Shown: piece after piece, positions 19,717 through 30,218 of the stretch
Position numbering within the stretch: position 1 is the stretch's first letter
Layout: each line of letters begins with the position of its first letter
NCBI GenBank assembly: GCA_965224705.1
Contig: OZ245056.1
Span: forward strand, 2,304,001-2,368,000
Direction: 5' to 3'
Length of the DNA stretch: 64,000 nucleotides
From: Spirochaetaceae bacterium
GTDB lineage: Bacteria > Spirochaetota > Spirochaetia > DSM-2461
The notes under the pieces: model-generated
What the model was told of the DNA's origin: nothing
The model's input: only the letters and a program-made list of their open reading frames with translations
The model's database searches: none
Program-made: the position numbers and the translations under genes

Positions 19717-20814
19717 TCACTCCCTGTCTACAATATCGTCTGCCAATGCAACTTCCGTTCTTCGCTCCGTACCAAACAGATCCTTAACATTCTGTGAATG
19801 CCTTCCCATGATCATTTGAATTTCTGCACTGTTCATGGTTGTAATCGCCTTGAATTCATCTCCGATCTGGACAACTTCGCCGGCATCAAAAACACCGTCA
19901 ACACCAATTACTCCTCTGGGCAATAGACTTTTATTCTCACTGAGAGCTCTGAGAGCTCCTTCATCAATACTGATTTTACCCCTGGAACGGGCACCTGAAA
20001 TCCATCGCTTCCGTGCCGATTGACGGGAACCTGCCAGGAATAGGGTCCCGATATCCTCCCCGTTGAGAATACGTAAAACAGTGGACGGTTTTCGGCCATC
20101 GGCCAGAACTGTGCGGCATCCTGCCCGAGCAGCAATTTCTACCGCCTGGAGTTTGGTTACCATACCCCCGGTAGAATGATCACTGCCAGCCCTGCCAGCG
20201 GATGCCCTTACTTCGTCCGTTATCCTCTTCACGATGCGCAATGGCCTGGCTTGAGGAAAATCCCTTGGATTTTTGTCGTAAAGGGCATCAATATCGGTGA
20301 GAAGAATCAATAGTCCGGCATCAAGTTTACTGGCTATGTGAGCGCTCAGGGAGTCATTGTCTCCAAAAACATTTCCAATTTCGGTGGTCGACACACTGTC
20401 GTTCTCATTCATCACAGGGATGGCACCCAGATCCAGAAGGTGCTCAACCGCATTCCTGAGGTTCAAAAACGACTTCCGATCGTCGAAGGATTCCCGACTC
20501 AGAAGAATCTGTGCAGCAACGACACCACATTTGCCAAGGGAATTCTGCCAGTGCTGCATCAATACGGGCTGTCCCACAGCCGCACATGCCTGTCTCATTT
20601 CCACTCTTCTGGGCCGGGACTCCAGATTAAGAATACGGGTCCCGAAACCAATAGCCCCGGAACTGACAATGATGGGAATAATATCACGCTGCTTCAATTC
20701 AGCTATATCGGCCGCAAGGGATTCTATTCGCTGCACATTCGGCATACCATTCGGGGCCAGTAAATTGGTCCCTATCTTGATTACAATTCTTTTTATGCCG
20801 CTGAAATCTCTCAC
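19717..20814 (-). CDS. proB: Glutamate 5-kinase with PUA domain
   Basis: VIKIGTN, VSSGAI, NENDSV, FGDNDSL, TGGMVTK. Confidence 0.98.
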   Translation of the reverse strand: MRDFSGIKRIVIKIGTNLLAPNGMPNVQRIESLAADIAELKQRDIIPIIVSSGAIGFGTRILNLESRPRRVEMRQACAAVGQPVLMQHWQNSLGKCGVVAAQILLSRESFDDRKSFLNLRNAVEHLLDLGAIPVMNENDSVSTTEIGNVFGDNDSLSAHIASKLDAGLLILLTDIDALYDKNPRDFPQARPLRIVKRITDEVRASAGRAGSDHSTGGMVTKLQAVEIAARAGCRTVLADGRKPSTVLRILNGEDIGTLFLAGSRQSARKRWISGARSRGKISIDEGALRALSENKSLLPRGVIGVDGVFDAGEVVQIGDEFKAITTMNSAEIQMIMGRHSQNVKDLFGTERRTEVALADDIVDRE

Positions 20815-22094
20815 AGGGGTAACTCTTTATGTGTAAAAGATTTCTTCCCTTCATTGTAGTCCTGTATCAGGTGGCCGTCTCCCCGGATCTGCCAGCGGTA
20901 GCTCAATAGCCCCTCCACCCCAACCGGACCCCGGGCATGAATCTTCGCAGTGGAAACCCCAACCTCAGCACCGAGGCCGAACACGAAGCCATCAGAAAAT
21001 CTCGTCGAGCAATTGTGAAAGACATCGGCAGCATCCACCCGGGCCAGAAATTCCTCGGCCGCCTCTGCATCCTCCGTTACAATGACTTCTGTATGACCGG
21101 ATCCATGGTTGTGAATATGTTCTACGGCCTGGTTTAAACTGCTGACGACACGAATTGAAAGAATGGCATCCAGGTATTCTGTGTCCCAGTCCTTTTGACT
21201 GACCGCCTTCACATCAATGAATTGCCGAGTCTTCTCACAGCCAAGGAGCAGGCAGCCTGCGGATTCCAATGATTCTTTGATAAGTGGCAATGTACGGGCA
21301 GCCGTATCCTGGTGAACAAGCAGGGTTTCAACGGCATTGCATACAGCAACATATTGCATTTTTGAGTCAAAAACAATTGGAATCGCTTTTCCAGGATCAG
21401 CTCTGGAGTCAATGTAAACATGACAGATACCATCTGCATGCCCAAGAACCGGAATGGTTGAATTGCTCATGATATACGAAACAAATTCAGTGGATCCGCG
21501 GGGGATTAGAAGATCGATGTATTTGTTCATGGTCAGCATGGCATGGACATCCTCACGGTTTTCGGCAAGATGAATCCACCCTTCCGGTAATCCTGCCTGG
21601 ATGGAGGCATCATGAATTACTTGAGTCAGTGTACGGTTGGTTTCCATGGCTTCCGAGCCGCCTTTGAGAATAACGGCATTGCCGGATCGGACACACAGTG
21701 ATGCGATTTGAATGAGGGCATCCGGTCTGGATTCAAAGATCATGCCGATAACACCAATGGGGCCGACAACCCGGGTGAGGATGAGATTTCTGTCCAGTTC
21801 CCGTTTCTCCAGAACCTGTCCCAGAGGATCATGAGTCTTTTCCAGAGCAATGACTCCGTCTATCACCCGTTGAAGTTTTGATGGGTCCAGCTTCAGTCGT
21901 TTTAAGAGAGGAGGGGGCAATCCTTCCGCTTCACTTCGCTTTAAATCCCTTGAATTTGCCTGAAATACATCGTCAGCCTCATCGTTCAGGGCCCTGTGAA
22001 TGAATTGGAGGGCTCTGGTTCTCAATTCTTCTGGTTGAGATAGAATGTGACGGCTGGCCTTCTGTGCCGACAGGGCTTTTGTTTCCATGTCCAT
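20811..22094 (-). CDS. proA: Gamma-glutamyl phosphate reductase
   Basis: IFESRP, LKGGSEA, CNAVETLLVH, HARGPVG. Confidence 0.98.
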   Translation of the reverse strand: MDMETKALSAQKASRHILSQPEELRTRALQFIHRALNDEADDVFQANSRDLKRSEAEGLPPPLLKRLKLDPSKLQRVIDGVIALEKTHDPLGQVLEKRELDRNLILTRVVGPIGVIGMIFESRPDALIQIASLCVRSGNAVILKGGSEAMETNRTLTQVIHDASIQAGLPEGWIHLAENREDVHAMLTMNKYIDLLIPRGSTEFVSYIMSNSTIPVLGHADGICHVYIDSRADPGKAIPIVFDSKMQYVAVCNAVETLLVHQDTAARTLPLIKESLESAGCLLLGCEKTRQFIDVKAVSQKDWDTEYLDAILSIRVVSSLNQAVEHIHNHGSGHTEVIVTEDAEAAEEFLARVDAADVFHNCSTRFSDGFVFGLGAEVGVSTAKIHARGPVGVEGLLSYRWQIRGDGHLIQDYNEGKKSFTHKELPL

Positions 22095-22282
22095 GAGGGT
22101 TATGATACCTGAATCGTTCCGTTAACTCCAGATGTCTGCTGAACGTGTGTCCACTGATTAAGAACGGGTCTTCCCGTTTTATCAACTATTGGAAATTTTC
22201 TTCATATTCACTACAATCATTCAGGTTTCTTCCGATCCAATGAGGGCATCATAGAAGTACACCATGGAGATTATTAGTAAAC

Positions 22283-25200
22283 ATGAGAATCAGTGAATGG
22301 GCTTTGAAGCATACAGTTCCGGTTATCGTTATTACGGCCGGAGCAGTTCTGGCAGGATTACTTTCGTACACAACACTCAACCGTGAGTTCATACCTGTGA
22401 TTACGGAACCTGCCGCCATTGTTGTTACTCTCTGGCCGGGTGTTGCGGCTGAAAAGGTGGAAGGCGAACTGACCTCGGTACTTGAAAATTATTTTTCTGG
22501 AATAGCCGGACTGGAAGATATGCGATCCAACAGCCAGGAAGGTGTCAGTATCATCAAACTTCGATTTGATGAGGATCTCAATATAGACTTCATGGTTCAG
22601 GAGGTGAGAACGCAAGTCGATCAGAGTTCACGGGAATTGCCCGATGGACTTCTTGGAAAACCTGTTGTAACAGCGGCAGGATCCCGGGGGCTGCCGGTCG
22701 TTGTATTTTCTGTCTCCGGTGAAATGGAGGCCGATGCTCTATATAACTATGTGAATGAAAAAGTATTGACAGAAATCTACAAAGTTGATGGTGTTGCCCG
22801 GGTAAATGTTCTTGGAGGTCTCCAGAAAGTCCTTGAAATAAAACTGGATACTCTTGCAATGAAAGAGACTGGAATCAGCATCCCTGAAGTGTATGGAGCA
22901 TTGAGAAGAAGGAATATAACTGTCCCAACCGGTCTGGTTGAATGGCAGGGGAAGGAGTGGGCATTCCGTGTAAGCGGTCAGTTTTCAGAAATATCAGAAA
23001 TAGGGGACTTGCTTGTTGGGTACTCCGATGGAATCCCCGTCTTCCTGAACGATCTTGCGGTAACAGGTGAGGTTTATGCCGATGCAGATGAACGTATTCG
23101 TTCCAGCAAAAAAGACCTTCTTGTTGTACAGATCAGTAAAAGAGTTGATGGACATACTATTCAGATGAGTCAGGATATTCAAGAACGGCTGTCTGATTTT
23201 GATGGTCTGGAGTTTGTCATGCTCCATGATGATGCTGAGATTGTGAGTACTTCCCTCAGAGCTGTTATCCGTTCTGCTTTGACAGGTATCGGCATGGCGA
23301 TTATTGTTATCTGGTTGTTTTTGAGGAACTGGCCATACACCTCGGTGATTGCTGTTTCCCTGCCTGTCAGCCTGGTTTTGACACTGGTATGTATGAAACT
23401 GGCGGGAATGTCCATCAACTTGCTGACTCTGGCCGGCATAACAGTGTCCCTTGGGATGGTGGTTGATGCGGCCATCGTTGTTCTTGAAAACATACATCGC
23501 AGAAGTGATGCAGGTGATAATCCCGACACAGCCGTGTTCACCGGAGTGACAGGGGTTACTTCCGCTGTCATTGCCTTTGTTACAACATCGATATGTGTTT
23601 TTCTGCCGCTGCTGTTCCTGAAAGGTATCATTGGCAGTGTTTTAAAGGATATTTCACTGACACTTATCTTTACCTTAAGTACATCCCTGTTTGCAGCCCT
23701 TTTCGTTGTGCCGCCGCTGGCCAGGCGAAGTTTGAATAAACTGCAGGATAAAGAAGTGCCGGTGAATCGCATTCTGGTGAAGCTGGAGTCTTTCTACCGA
23801 AGGGGAATACAAAGATCGATCAGGTACAGAGGTGTTGTTGTTGCAGCAGCTTCAGCCATTCTGATAGCCAGTGTCTTTGCGGCCGATTCCATGGGCATTA
23901 CGTTTATCCCGGCAGCGGATTATAATGAGTTATACGTTTCCATCAAATTAGCCAGCGGATCTTCCCTGACTGACAGTGTTCAGGCCGCCGATTGGGCAGA
24001 GGAAGTTATTCGACGGGAAATATCCGGGGTAAGCGACATTGTTTTCTATGTTGGAATGAAGGATGACCTCTCAGGAGATGCAAGAACCCGAGAAGCACTC
24101 TGGGGGCACATCATTCTCAAGAACGCTGAGGATAGGACTGAAGGTTTCAGGCAAATCATTGATCGTTTGAATGAAGTTTTGCCCCCGGCCTTACCTGATA
24201 TGCAGGTAGCCGTACTCAATGGGGGTTTTGACCGATTAGTGTTTCTTGGTACGAACGGACCTGGCTATCGTGTGGAACTGTCCTCGGATTCCCATGCGGA
24301 CATTATTCAGGCGGCCAGACAGATCAGAGATTTTTTTGATAATGATTCTGAGATTGTCAATACTGAATCCGATATTGAACAGGACAGGTATTTTGTTCTG
24401 GCCCGTCTGGATTCTGAGATCCTTGACAGTCAGGGAATTGATGCTGCCCATGCTGGATTAACCTCCAGAATTGCTTTTAGTGGTACTGATATTGGCCTCT
24501 TCCAGCCTGATTCGGGTCTCGATAGACGGATCATTCTCAATACCGATCTAAAAAACAGTCAACCGGATAATGAAACAACTGAGCGCCTCTGGATAAGGAA
24601 CAATACAGGTCAACTGGTATCCCTCAACTATATTTCGGAGATCCATGAGAAAATGGGAGTTTCGTCTATATTTCGACACAATCGAAAACGTACAGTGACC
24701 GTCATCGGCTATGGTAAAGGCGACAACATAAGAGGAATAACTCAGCGGCTCAGAGAAAGCATTGTTAAAAACCCCCTTCCTTCCACCGTTGAGTGGAGGA
24801 TTGATGGAGTAGGGGGACTTGTAACCGAATCAATAAACAGACTCGCCCTGGTACTCATCATTTCCCTGCTGCTTGTATACGGCGTGATGGCCATCCTGTT
24901 TGAGAGATTCATTCAACCACTTATCATCATGGGAATTGTTCCTTTCTGCTTTATTGGAGTGGTGGGTGGACTGATGGCATTTGGATCGGATATCTCCCTG
25001 GTGTCATTTCTGGGTATTGTGGCTCTGGGTGGGATTGTTGTGAATAATTCCATCGTTCAGGTTGATAGATTCAACCAGCTGAGAAAAAAGGGGTTTTCAC
25101 TGGATGATGCCATAGTGGAAGGGGCTGCCTCTCGATTGCGGCCAATTCTGATGACGACCCTGACAACTTTCTTTGGAGTTCTCCCACTGGCTTTTTCCCA

Positions 25201-25345
25201 GGGATCTGCTGCCCGACTCTATGCCCCTTTGGGACAGGTTATTGCCGGGGGATTGGCCAGTTCCACCCTTGTCACACTTTTTCTCACACCCGTTCTCTAC
25301 CGGCTGGTTGAATCAAAGAAGAACCTTCGGAATGAGATTCCTTGA
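22283..25345 (+). CDS. RND efflux transporter permease, AcrB/AcrD/AcrF family
   Basis: 1020 aa; GMVVDAAIVVLENI, GIVVNNSIV, RLRPILMTTLTT. Confidence 0.93.
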   Translation: MRISEWALKHTVPVIVITAGAVLAGLLSYTTLNREFIPVITEPAAIVVTLWPGVAAEKVEGELTSVLENYFSGIAGLEDMRSNSQEGVSIIKLRFDEDLNIDFMVQEVRTQVDQSSRELPDGLLGKPVVTAAGSRGLPVVVFSVSGEMEADALYNYVNEKVLTEIYKVDGVARVNVLGGLQKVLEIKLDTLAMKETGISIPEVYGALRRRNITVPTGLVEWQGKEWAFRVSGQFSEISEIGDLLVGYSDGIPVFLNDLAVTGEVYADADERIRSSKKDLLVVQISKRVDGHTIQMSQDIQERLSDFDGLEFVMLHDDAEIVSTSLRAVIRSALTGIGMAIIVIWLFLRNWPYTSVIAVSLPVSLVLTLVCMKLAGMSINLLTLAGITVSLGMVVDAAIVVLENIHRRSDAGDNPDTAVFTGVTGVTSAVIAFVTTSICVFLPLLFLKGIIGSVLKDISLTLIFTLSTSLFAALFVVPPLARRSLNKLQDKEVPVNRILVKLESFYRRGIQRSIRYRGVVVAAASAILIASVFAADSMGITFIPAADYNELYVSIKLASGSSLTDSVQAADWAEEVIRREISGVSDIVFYVGMKDDLSGDARTREALWGHIILKNAEDRTEGFRQIIDRLNEVLPPALPDMQVAVLNGGFDRLVFLGTNGPGYRVELSSDSHADIIQAARQIRDFFDNDSEIVNTESDIEQDRYFVLARLDSEILDSQGIDAAHAGLTSRIAFSGTDIGLFQPDSGLDRRIILNTDLKNSQPDNETTERLWIRNNTGQLVSLNYISEIHEKMGVSSIFRHNRKRTVTVIGYGKGDNIRGITQRLRESIVKNPLPSTVEWRIDGVGGLVTESINRLALVLIISLLLVYGVMAILFERFIQPLIIMGIVPFCFIGVVGGLMAFGSDISLVSFLGIVALGGIVVNNSIVQVDRFNQLRKKGFSLDDAIVEGAASRLRPILMTTLTTFFGVLPLAFSQGSAARLYAPLGQVIAGGLASSTLVTLFLTPVLYRLVESKKNLRNEIP

Positions 25346-25391
25346 GATACATGACTTGAACAGCATTCCTCCCAGAAGGTAGGATTGAGCT

Positions 25392-26972
25392 GTGATTCCA
25401 GACAGCTACAAGAATCGAAACTATAAGAGACGAATATATGAATCATCATTACTGTTCCAGTTGAGTCAGGCCCTCAATAGCAGCAGGGAACTCAGTACAA
25501 TCATTGATCCTGTATTGACCTCCATGGCTGAGAATATTGCTTTGAGAAGGGGAACTGTCACTATTCTGAGCAGAATCACAGGCAAAATCAGCATTGCTGC
25601 ATCTGTTGAACTTTCCAGGGATGAAATCAAAAGAGGAATTTATGAACTGGGGGAGGGAATAACCGGAAAGGTTGTACAGTCCGGTCGAGCGGAAATCATC
25701 AAAAATATTTCTCTTGAACCACTGTTTTTGAATAAAACAGGTGTTCGTCAGCGCAGAAAGAACAGTTCCTTCTTATGCGTACCCATCAAGCATGATACGG
25801 AAACAATTGGAGCTTTCAGTGCGGACAGGATATTTCAAGATGAACATGGACTGACAGATGATGTTCAGCTGCTTGCCATAGTTGCTTCTATGATTTCTCG
25901 AACTGTTAAGCAGAGGCAGAGTATTGAAGATAAAAAGAAGGAACTGAATGGAAAAAACAAACGCTTGAATGAATCTTCTGAAGAAGAATTCAATCCATTT
26001 AATATGATTGGAAGGTCTCACAGCATGCAGGAAGCCTTCAGCCTGATGGCCCAGGTTTCAAGAAGTGAAGCAACAGTTTTTATACGGGGAGAAAGTGGAA
26101 CTGGCAAGGAATTAGTGGCCCAGACTCTCCATTACAACAGTCTCAGAGCCGGTAAGCCCTTTATCAAGATCAATTGTTCTGCACTGCCTGAGAGTATTAT
26201 TGAGAGTGAGTTATTTGGACATGAAAAAGGATCCTTTACAGGGGCTGTTGGCTCCAGGAAGGGACGTTTTGAATTAGCCGATGGAGGCTCCGTCTTTCTT
26301 GATGAAATTGGAGAACTCTCTCCTGTTACTCAGGTAAAACTGCTCAGAGTTTTACAGGAAAGAGAAATCGAAAGAGTAGGGGGGAATAGGACTATTCCTG
26401 TCGATGTCCGTATAATAGCGGCAACCAACAAAGATGTTGACGAGGAAATGCTGAAAGGTAATTTCAGGGAGGACTTATACTACAGACTGAACGTTTTCCC
26501 CATCTGCATACCCCCTTTGAGGGAGCGGCGCAGTGATATCATGCTGCTGACGGAACATTTTATCGAGAAAAACAGCAGAAGAAATAGAACTTCAGTAAAA
26601 AAAATTTCATCTTCTGCCATAGATCTGTTGATGAATTATCACTGGCCGGGCAATGTGAGGGAACTTGAAAACTGTATCGAACGAGCTGTTTTGCTGTCCC
26701 ATGATCAGGAAATAGATGTCAGTGACTTACCCCCTTCCCTTCAATTAGCCGAATCATCCCCTACCGCTCCCGGATCCACATTGCAGGCAGCTCTGGATGG
26801 TCTGGAGCAGAAGCTTCTTTGTGATGCCTTGAAAACAACCCGGGGAAATATGGCTTCCGCTGCCAGAAAATTGGCTGTATCCGAACGCATAATGGGATTG
26901 CGGGTTAAGAAGTACAGGATTGATCTGGATAAGTACAGGTCTCAGGCCCAGATTCATGGCCGAACAGATTAG
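25392..26972 (+). CDS. NifA-like sigma-54 enhancer-binding protein (GAF-AAA+-HTH)
   Basis: GAF GEGITGKV; GESGTGKE, ESELFGHEKGSFTGA, WPGNVRELEN; C-terminal Fis-type HTH. Confidence 0.93.
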   Translation: MIPDSYKNRNYKRRIYESSLLFQLSQALNSSRELSTIIDPVLTSMAENIALRRGTVTILSRITGKISIAASVELSRDEIKRGIYELGEGITGKVVQSGRAEIIKNISLEPLFLNKTGVRQRRKNSSFLCVPIKHDTETIGAFSADRIFQDEHGLTDDVQLLAIVASMISRTVKQRQSIEDKKKELNGKNKRLNESSEEEFNPFNMIGRSHSMQEAFSLMAQVSRSEATVFIRGESGTGKELVAQTLHYNSLRAGKPFIKINCSALPESIIESELFGHEKGSFTGAVGSRKGRFELADGGSVFLDEIGELSPVTQVKLLRVLQEREIERVGGNRTIPVDVRIIAATNKDVDEEMLKGNFREDLYYRLNVFPICIPPLRERRSDIMLLTEHFIEKNSRRNRTSVKKISSSAIDLLMNYHWPGNVRELENCIERAVLLSHDQEIDVSDLPPSLQLAESSPTAPGSTLQAALDGLEQKLLCDALKTTRGNMASAARKLAVSERIMGLRVKKYRIDLDKYRSQAQIHGRTD

Positions 26973-27058
26973 TTTTACGCTGCACCTGGAATTTGAGTAC
27001 GATTCTGAGTTATCCTTCCGTCCATTCCCTCTGCCGCAAGAAGATTCCGAGAGAATTC

Positions 27059-27100
27059 TACATTTATGTAATATTTGAAGAATATTACTACAAAAATGTA
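27059..27100. promoter_or_regulatory. Putative upstream activator sites: two TACA-N4-TGTA boxes 30 bp apart
   Basis: TACATTTATGTA (27059-27070) and TACAAAAATGTA (27089-27100), 110-150 bp upstream of the sigma-54 promoter. Confidence 0.6.
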
Positions 27101-27210
27101 TGATTAAGATCAAGCGTTTTTTCCTCCAACAGCACAGATCTATTTGATCTTTGAGATTATTCTTTATATTGAAAGAAATTAGTTTCTTTGATCTCTGTCA
27201 GGACAAATCA

Positions 27211-27226
27211 TGGCACAGTAATTGCT
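27211..27226 (+). promoter_or_regulatory. Sigma-54 (-24/-12) promoter of glutamine synthetase
   Basis: TGGCACA-GTAA-TTGCT. Confidence 0.9.
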
Positions 27227-27272
27227 ATAGAGTCATTAGAAACTATGAATTCAATCTGGAGGTTGAATAATT

Positions 27273-29402
27273 ATGAACAGAGTCGATTACGTTGATAAAC
27301 CATTGAGTGAAATTTATGGTGAGAATTGTTTTTCTGACAGCGTGATGAGGGAGAAATTACCCAGAAGTGTTTTTGATTCCTTTCAGGAAGTTAAAAACGG
27401 TGCCGCAGAAATGTCACTCGAAATTGCTGAAGTTATTGCAGAAGCCATGAAGAGCTGGGCAATATCCAAAGGAGCAACCCATTACACGCATTGGTTTCAG
27501 CCATTGACAGGACTGACCGCTGAAAAACATGATTCATTCATTTCACCATCGTCCAATTTTGACGGAAGTGTTATAATAGAATTTTCAGGTAAGGAATTGA
27601 TTCAGGGAGAACCGGATGCCTCGTCTTTCCCAAGTGGTGGTTTAAGAGCCACTTTTGAAGCACGGGGTTATACGGCCTGGGATACTACTTCTCCAGCCTT
27701 CCTAAAAAAAGACGGTGATATGCTCACCCTTACCATACCGACAGCATTCGTCTCATATACTGGAGAAGCTTTAGACAAAAAAGTTCCTGTACTGCGGTCC
27801 ATGGAAGCCCTGAGCAGGGAAGCCGCCAGAGTATGTCATTTGATGGGCCACGAAGATGTGAAACGCTGTATTGCGTTTATTGGTCCAGAACAGGAATACT
27901 TCCTTGTTGACAGGGATTTATACAATGGAAGACCTGATCTACGATTAACAGGGCGGACCGTATTTGGAACGATGGCTGCCAAAGGTCAGGAATTGGATGA
28001 CCACTATTTCGGCGCCATGAAGGACAGGGTTGCCGATTATATGAAAACCCTGAATTTTGAACTCTGGAAATTGGGAATCTCCGCAAAGACCCAGCATAAT
28101 GAGGTTGCTCCCCACCAGTTTGAAATTGCGACAGTATTCGATACGGCCAATGTGGCAACGGACAGGAATCAACTGGTTATGGAAACCATAAAAAAGGTTG
28201 CCGAACGAAAAAATCTGGTTGCTCTCCTTCATGAGAAGCCCTTTGCCGGGGTAAACGGCAGTGGTAAGCACAATAACTGGTCGGTTAATACGGATACTGG
28301 AATCAATTTGATGGAACCAGGTGACAGCCCGGAAGATAATGCCATGTTCCTTGTTTTTCTCTCTGCAGTTATCAAAGCCATCGATACCTATGCATCTCTC
28401 ATACGAATGTCGGCCTCCAATGCCGGGAATGATCATAGATTGGGGGCCAATGAAGCACCTCCTGCCATTGTCTCCATCTTTCTGGGAGATCAACTATCTG
28501 TCGTTTATAAAAAACTGGCCAAAGGTGAACCGATCAAAAGTGCTGATGGTGAACTTATGGAAATTGGCACGACATCATTGCCTAAGTTCCCAAAGGATAT
28601 AGCTGATAGAAACAGAACTTCTCCGGTTGCATTTACCGGCAATAAATTCGAATTCAGAATGATGGGCTCTTCTCAGTCCTTAGCTGGTCCCAATGTTGTA
28701 ATCAATACTGCCGTAGCGGAAATACTTGCCCAGTTTGCAGTTGAACTGGAAAATTCATCTGATATAAACGCAGCTGTAAAAAAAATCGTTACGGATACAT
28801 ACAGGGAACATGGCCGTGTCATATATAACGGTAACGGTTATTCGGAGGAATGGGTGCAGGATGCCCGAAAGAGAGGATTGCCCAACCTGGCCAATACGGT
28901 CGCTTCTTTGCCTGAAATCACGAAGAAGTACTCCGTGGAACTTTTCGGGAAACATGGTGTTTTGAGCAGGGAAGAACTGGAATCTCGCTTCGAAATATAT
29001 CTTGAGAATTACAGCAAGGAAATCAATATTGAAGCTGGAGTTATGCTGGAAATGGTCAGGAAAGATATTTATCCTGCATGCAACTCCTATATTACCGAGA
29101 TTGCCCAGGGAATTTCATCGGTACTGGCCGCGGGGGGTAAGGCATTGCCAGTTCAAACAGCTTTGCTGGAATCAATATCTTCTTTGCAGGAAGACCTGCT
29201 TACTGCATCGGATAAACTGGAAAAGGAAGTGACTGAAGCCCTGTCCATGGACGGTGACAGCCTGAAACAGGCTCAGACCTTCAGCAATCGAATCGTTCCT
29301 GCCATGGCGGAAGTCAGAGTTGCTGGTGATGCCCTTGAAAGATTGACTGACAGGAAGCACTGGCCCTATCCTTCCTACGAGGATCTTTTATTTCGTTTAT
29401 AA
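27273..29402 (+). CDS. glnA: Glutamine synthetase type III
   Basis: 709 aa; HYTHWFQPLTG, EPDASSFPSGG, NGSGKHNNWS, DRNRTSP. Confidence 0.97.
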   Translation: MNRVDYVDKPLSEIYGENCFSDSVMREKLPRSVFDSFQEVKNGAAEMSLEIAEVIAEAMKSWAISKGATHYTHWFQPLTGLTAEKHDSFISPSSNFDGSVIIEFSGKELIQGEPDASSFPSGGLRATFEARGYTAWDTTSPAFLKKDGDMLTLTIPTAFVSYTGEALDKKVPVLRSMEALSREAARVCHLMGHEDVKRCIAFIGPEQEYFLVDRDLYNGRPDLRLTGRTVFGTMAAKGQELDDHYFGAMKDRVADYMKTLNFELWKLGISAKTQHNEVAPHQFEIATVFDTANVATDRNQLVMETIKKVAERKNLVALLHEKPFAGVNGSGKHNNWSVNTDTGINLMEPGDSPEDNAMFLVFLSAVIKAIDTYASLIRMSASNAGNDHRLGANEAPPAIVSIFLGDQLSVVYKKLAKGEPIKSADGELMEIGTTSLPKFPKDIADRNRTSPVAFTGNKFEFRMMGSSQSLAGPNVVINTAVAEILAQFAVELENSSDINAAVKKIVTDTYREHGRVIYNGNGYSEEWVQDARKRGLPNLANTVASLPEITKKYSVELFGKHGVLSREELESRFEIYLENYSKEINIEAGVMLEMVRKDIYPACNSYITEIAQGISSVLAAGGKALPVQTALLESISSLQEDLLTASDKLEKEVTEALSMDGDSLKQAQTFSNRIVPAMAEVRVAGDALERLTDRKHWPYPSYEDLLFRL

Positions 29403-29510
29403 TTTGAAAAAACTTTGTGGACAATTATTCCCGGAGCAGTTATTCTTCACAGATAGAAAAACAACTGATAACCCAGGGCTTTCCATCAAAGCGGGTGTAA
29501 GGATCAAGCT

Positions 29511-30152
29511 ATGCCCTATCTAAGAAATCAAACGACCGGATCCCTGCAAACCAATTCGTTCCTGATAGGTGCCGAATCCGATGAAAATGCAATTCTCATT
29601 GATACTCCACCTGAAAGCTACGAAGAAGTGATGACCACTCTCAATGCTGATGGACGTTCTCTGGCGGCGATACTGATAACTCATTCTCATTTTGACCATG
29701 TCTGGGATGCGGCGAAGTTTTCTGCTGATCGGATTCCTCTCATAGCTATGAAGGATGCTGTGGAAGGTATTAAGAGACCGGATGCCATGGGTCTTTATCC
29801 CCCTGCGTCCAGCAGTCAACCTGAGGCCGAAGTCACTCAAATCATTCGCGGTGGAGATCGATTGAAATATGCCGGTCTGGAATTTGAAGTGTTTGAAGTC
29901 CCCGGTCATTGCAATGGTTCGGCTGCCTATTATGTTCAAAGTGAATCCCTGTGTTTCGTGGGGGATACCGTCTTCAGGGGATCTGTTGGAGTTACCCACT
30001 TTGCAGGGGGGGATTTTGAGCTTCTGACAAGGTCCATCCGACAGCATATCTACACTCTGCCCGACAATACAATGATCCTTCCGGGGCATGGACCGAACAC
30101 CGAAGTCGGCATCGAAAAACGAAGTAATCCCTACATACGGGAAGTTGATTGA
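29511..30152 (+). CDS. MBL-fold metallo-hydrolase, glyoxalase II-like
   Basis: THSHFDH, PGH, GDTVF, PGHG. Confidence 0.92.
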   Translation: MPYLRNQTTGSLQTNSFLIGAESDENAILIDTPPESYEEVMTTLNADGRSLAAILITHSHFDHVWDAAKFSADRIPLIAMKDAVEGIKRPDAMGLYPPASSSQPEAEVTQIIRGGDRLKYAGLEFEVFEVPGHCNGSAAYYVQSESLCFVGDTVFRGSVGVTHFAGGDFELLTRSIRQHIYTLPDNTMILPGHGPNTEVGIEKRSNPYIREVD

Positions 30153-30218
30153 CATTCCTCCTCTATTGACCTTCCGCTTCTGATTTCTATAGTTTGTAGG
30201 ATATGTCAAGGAGTTATC

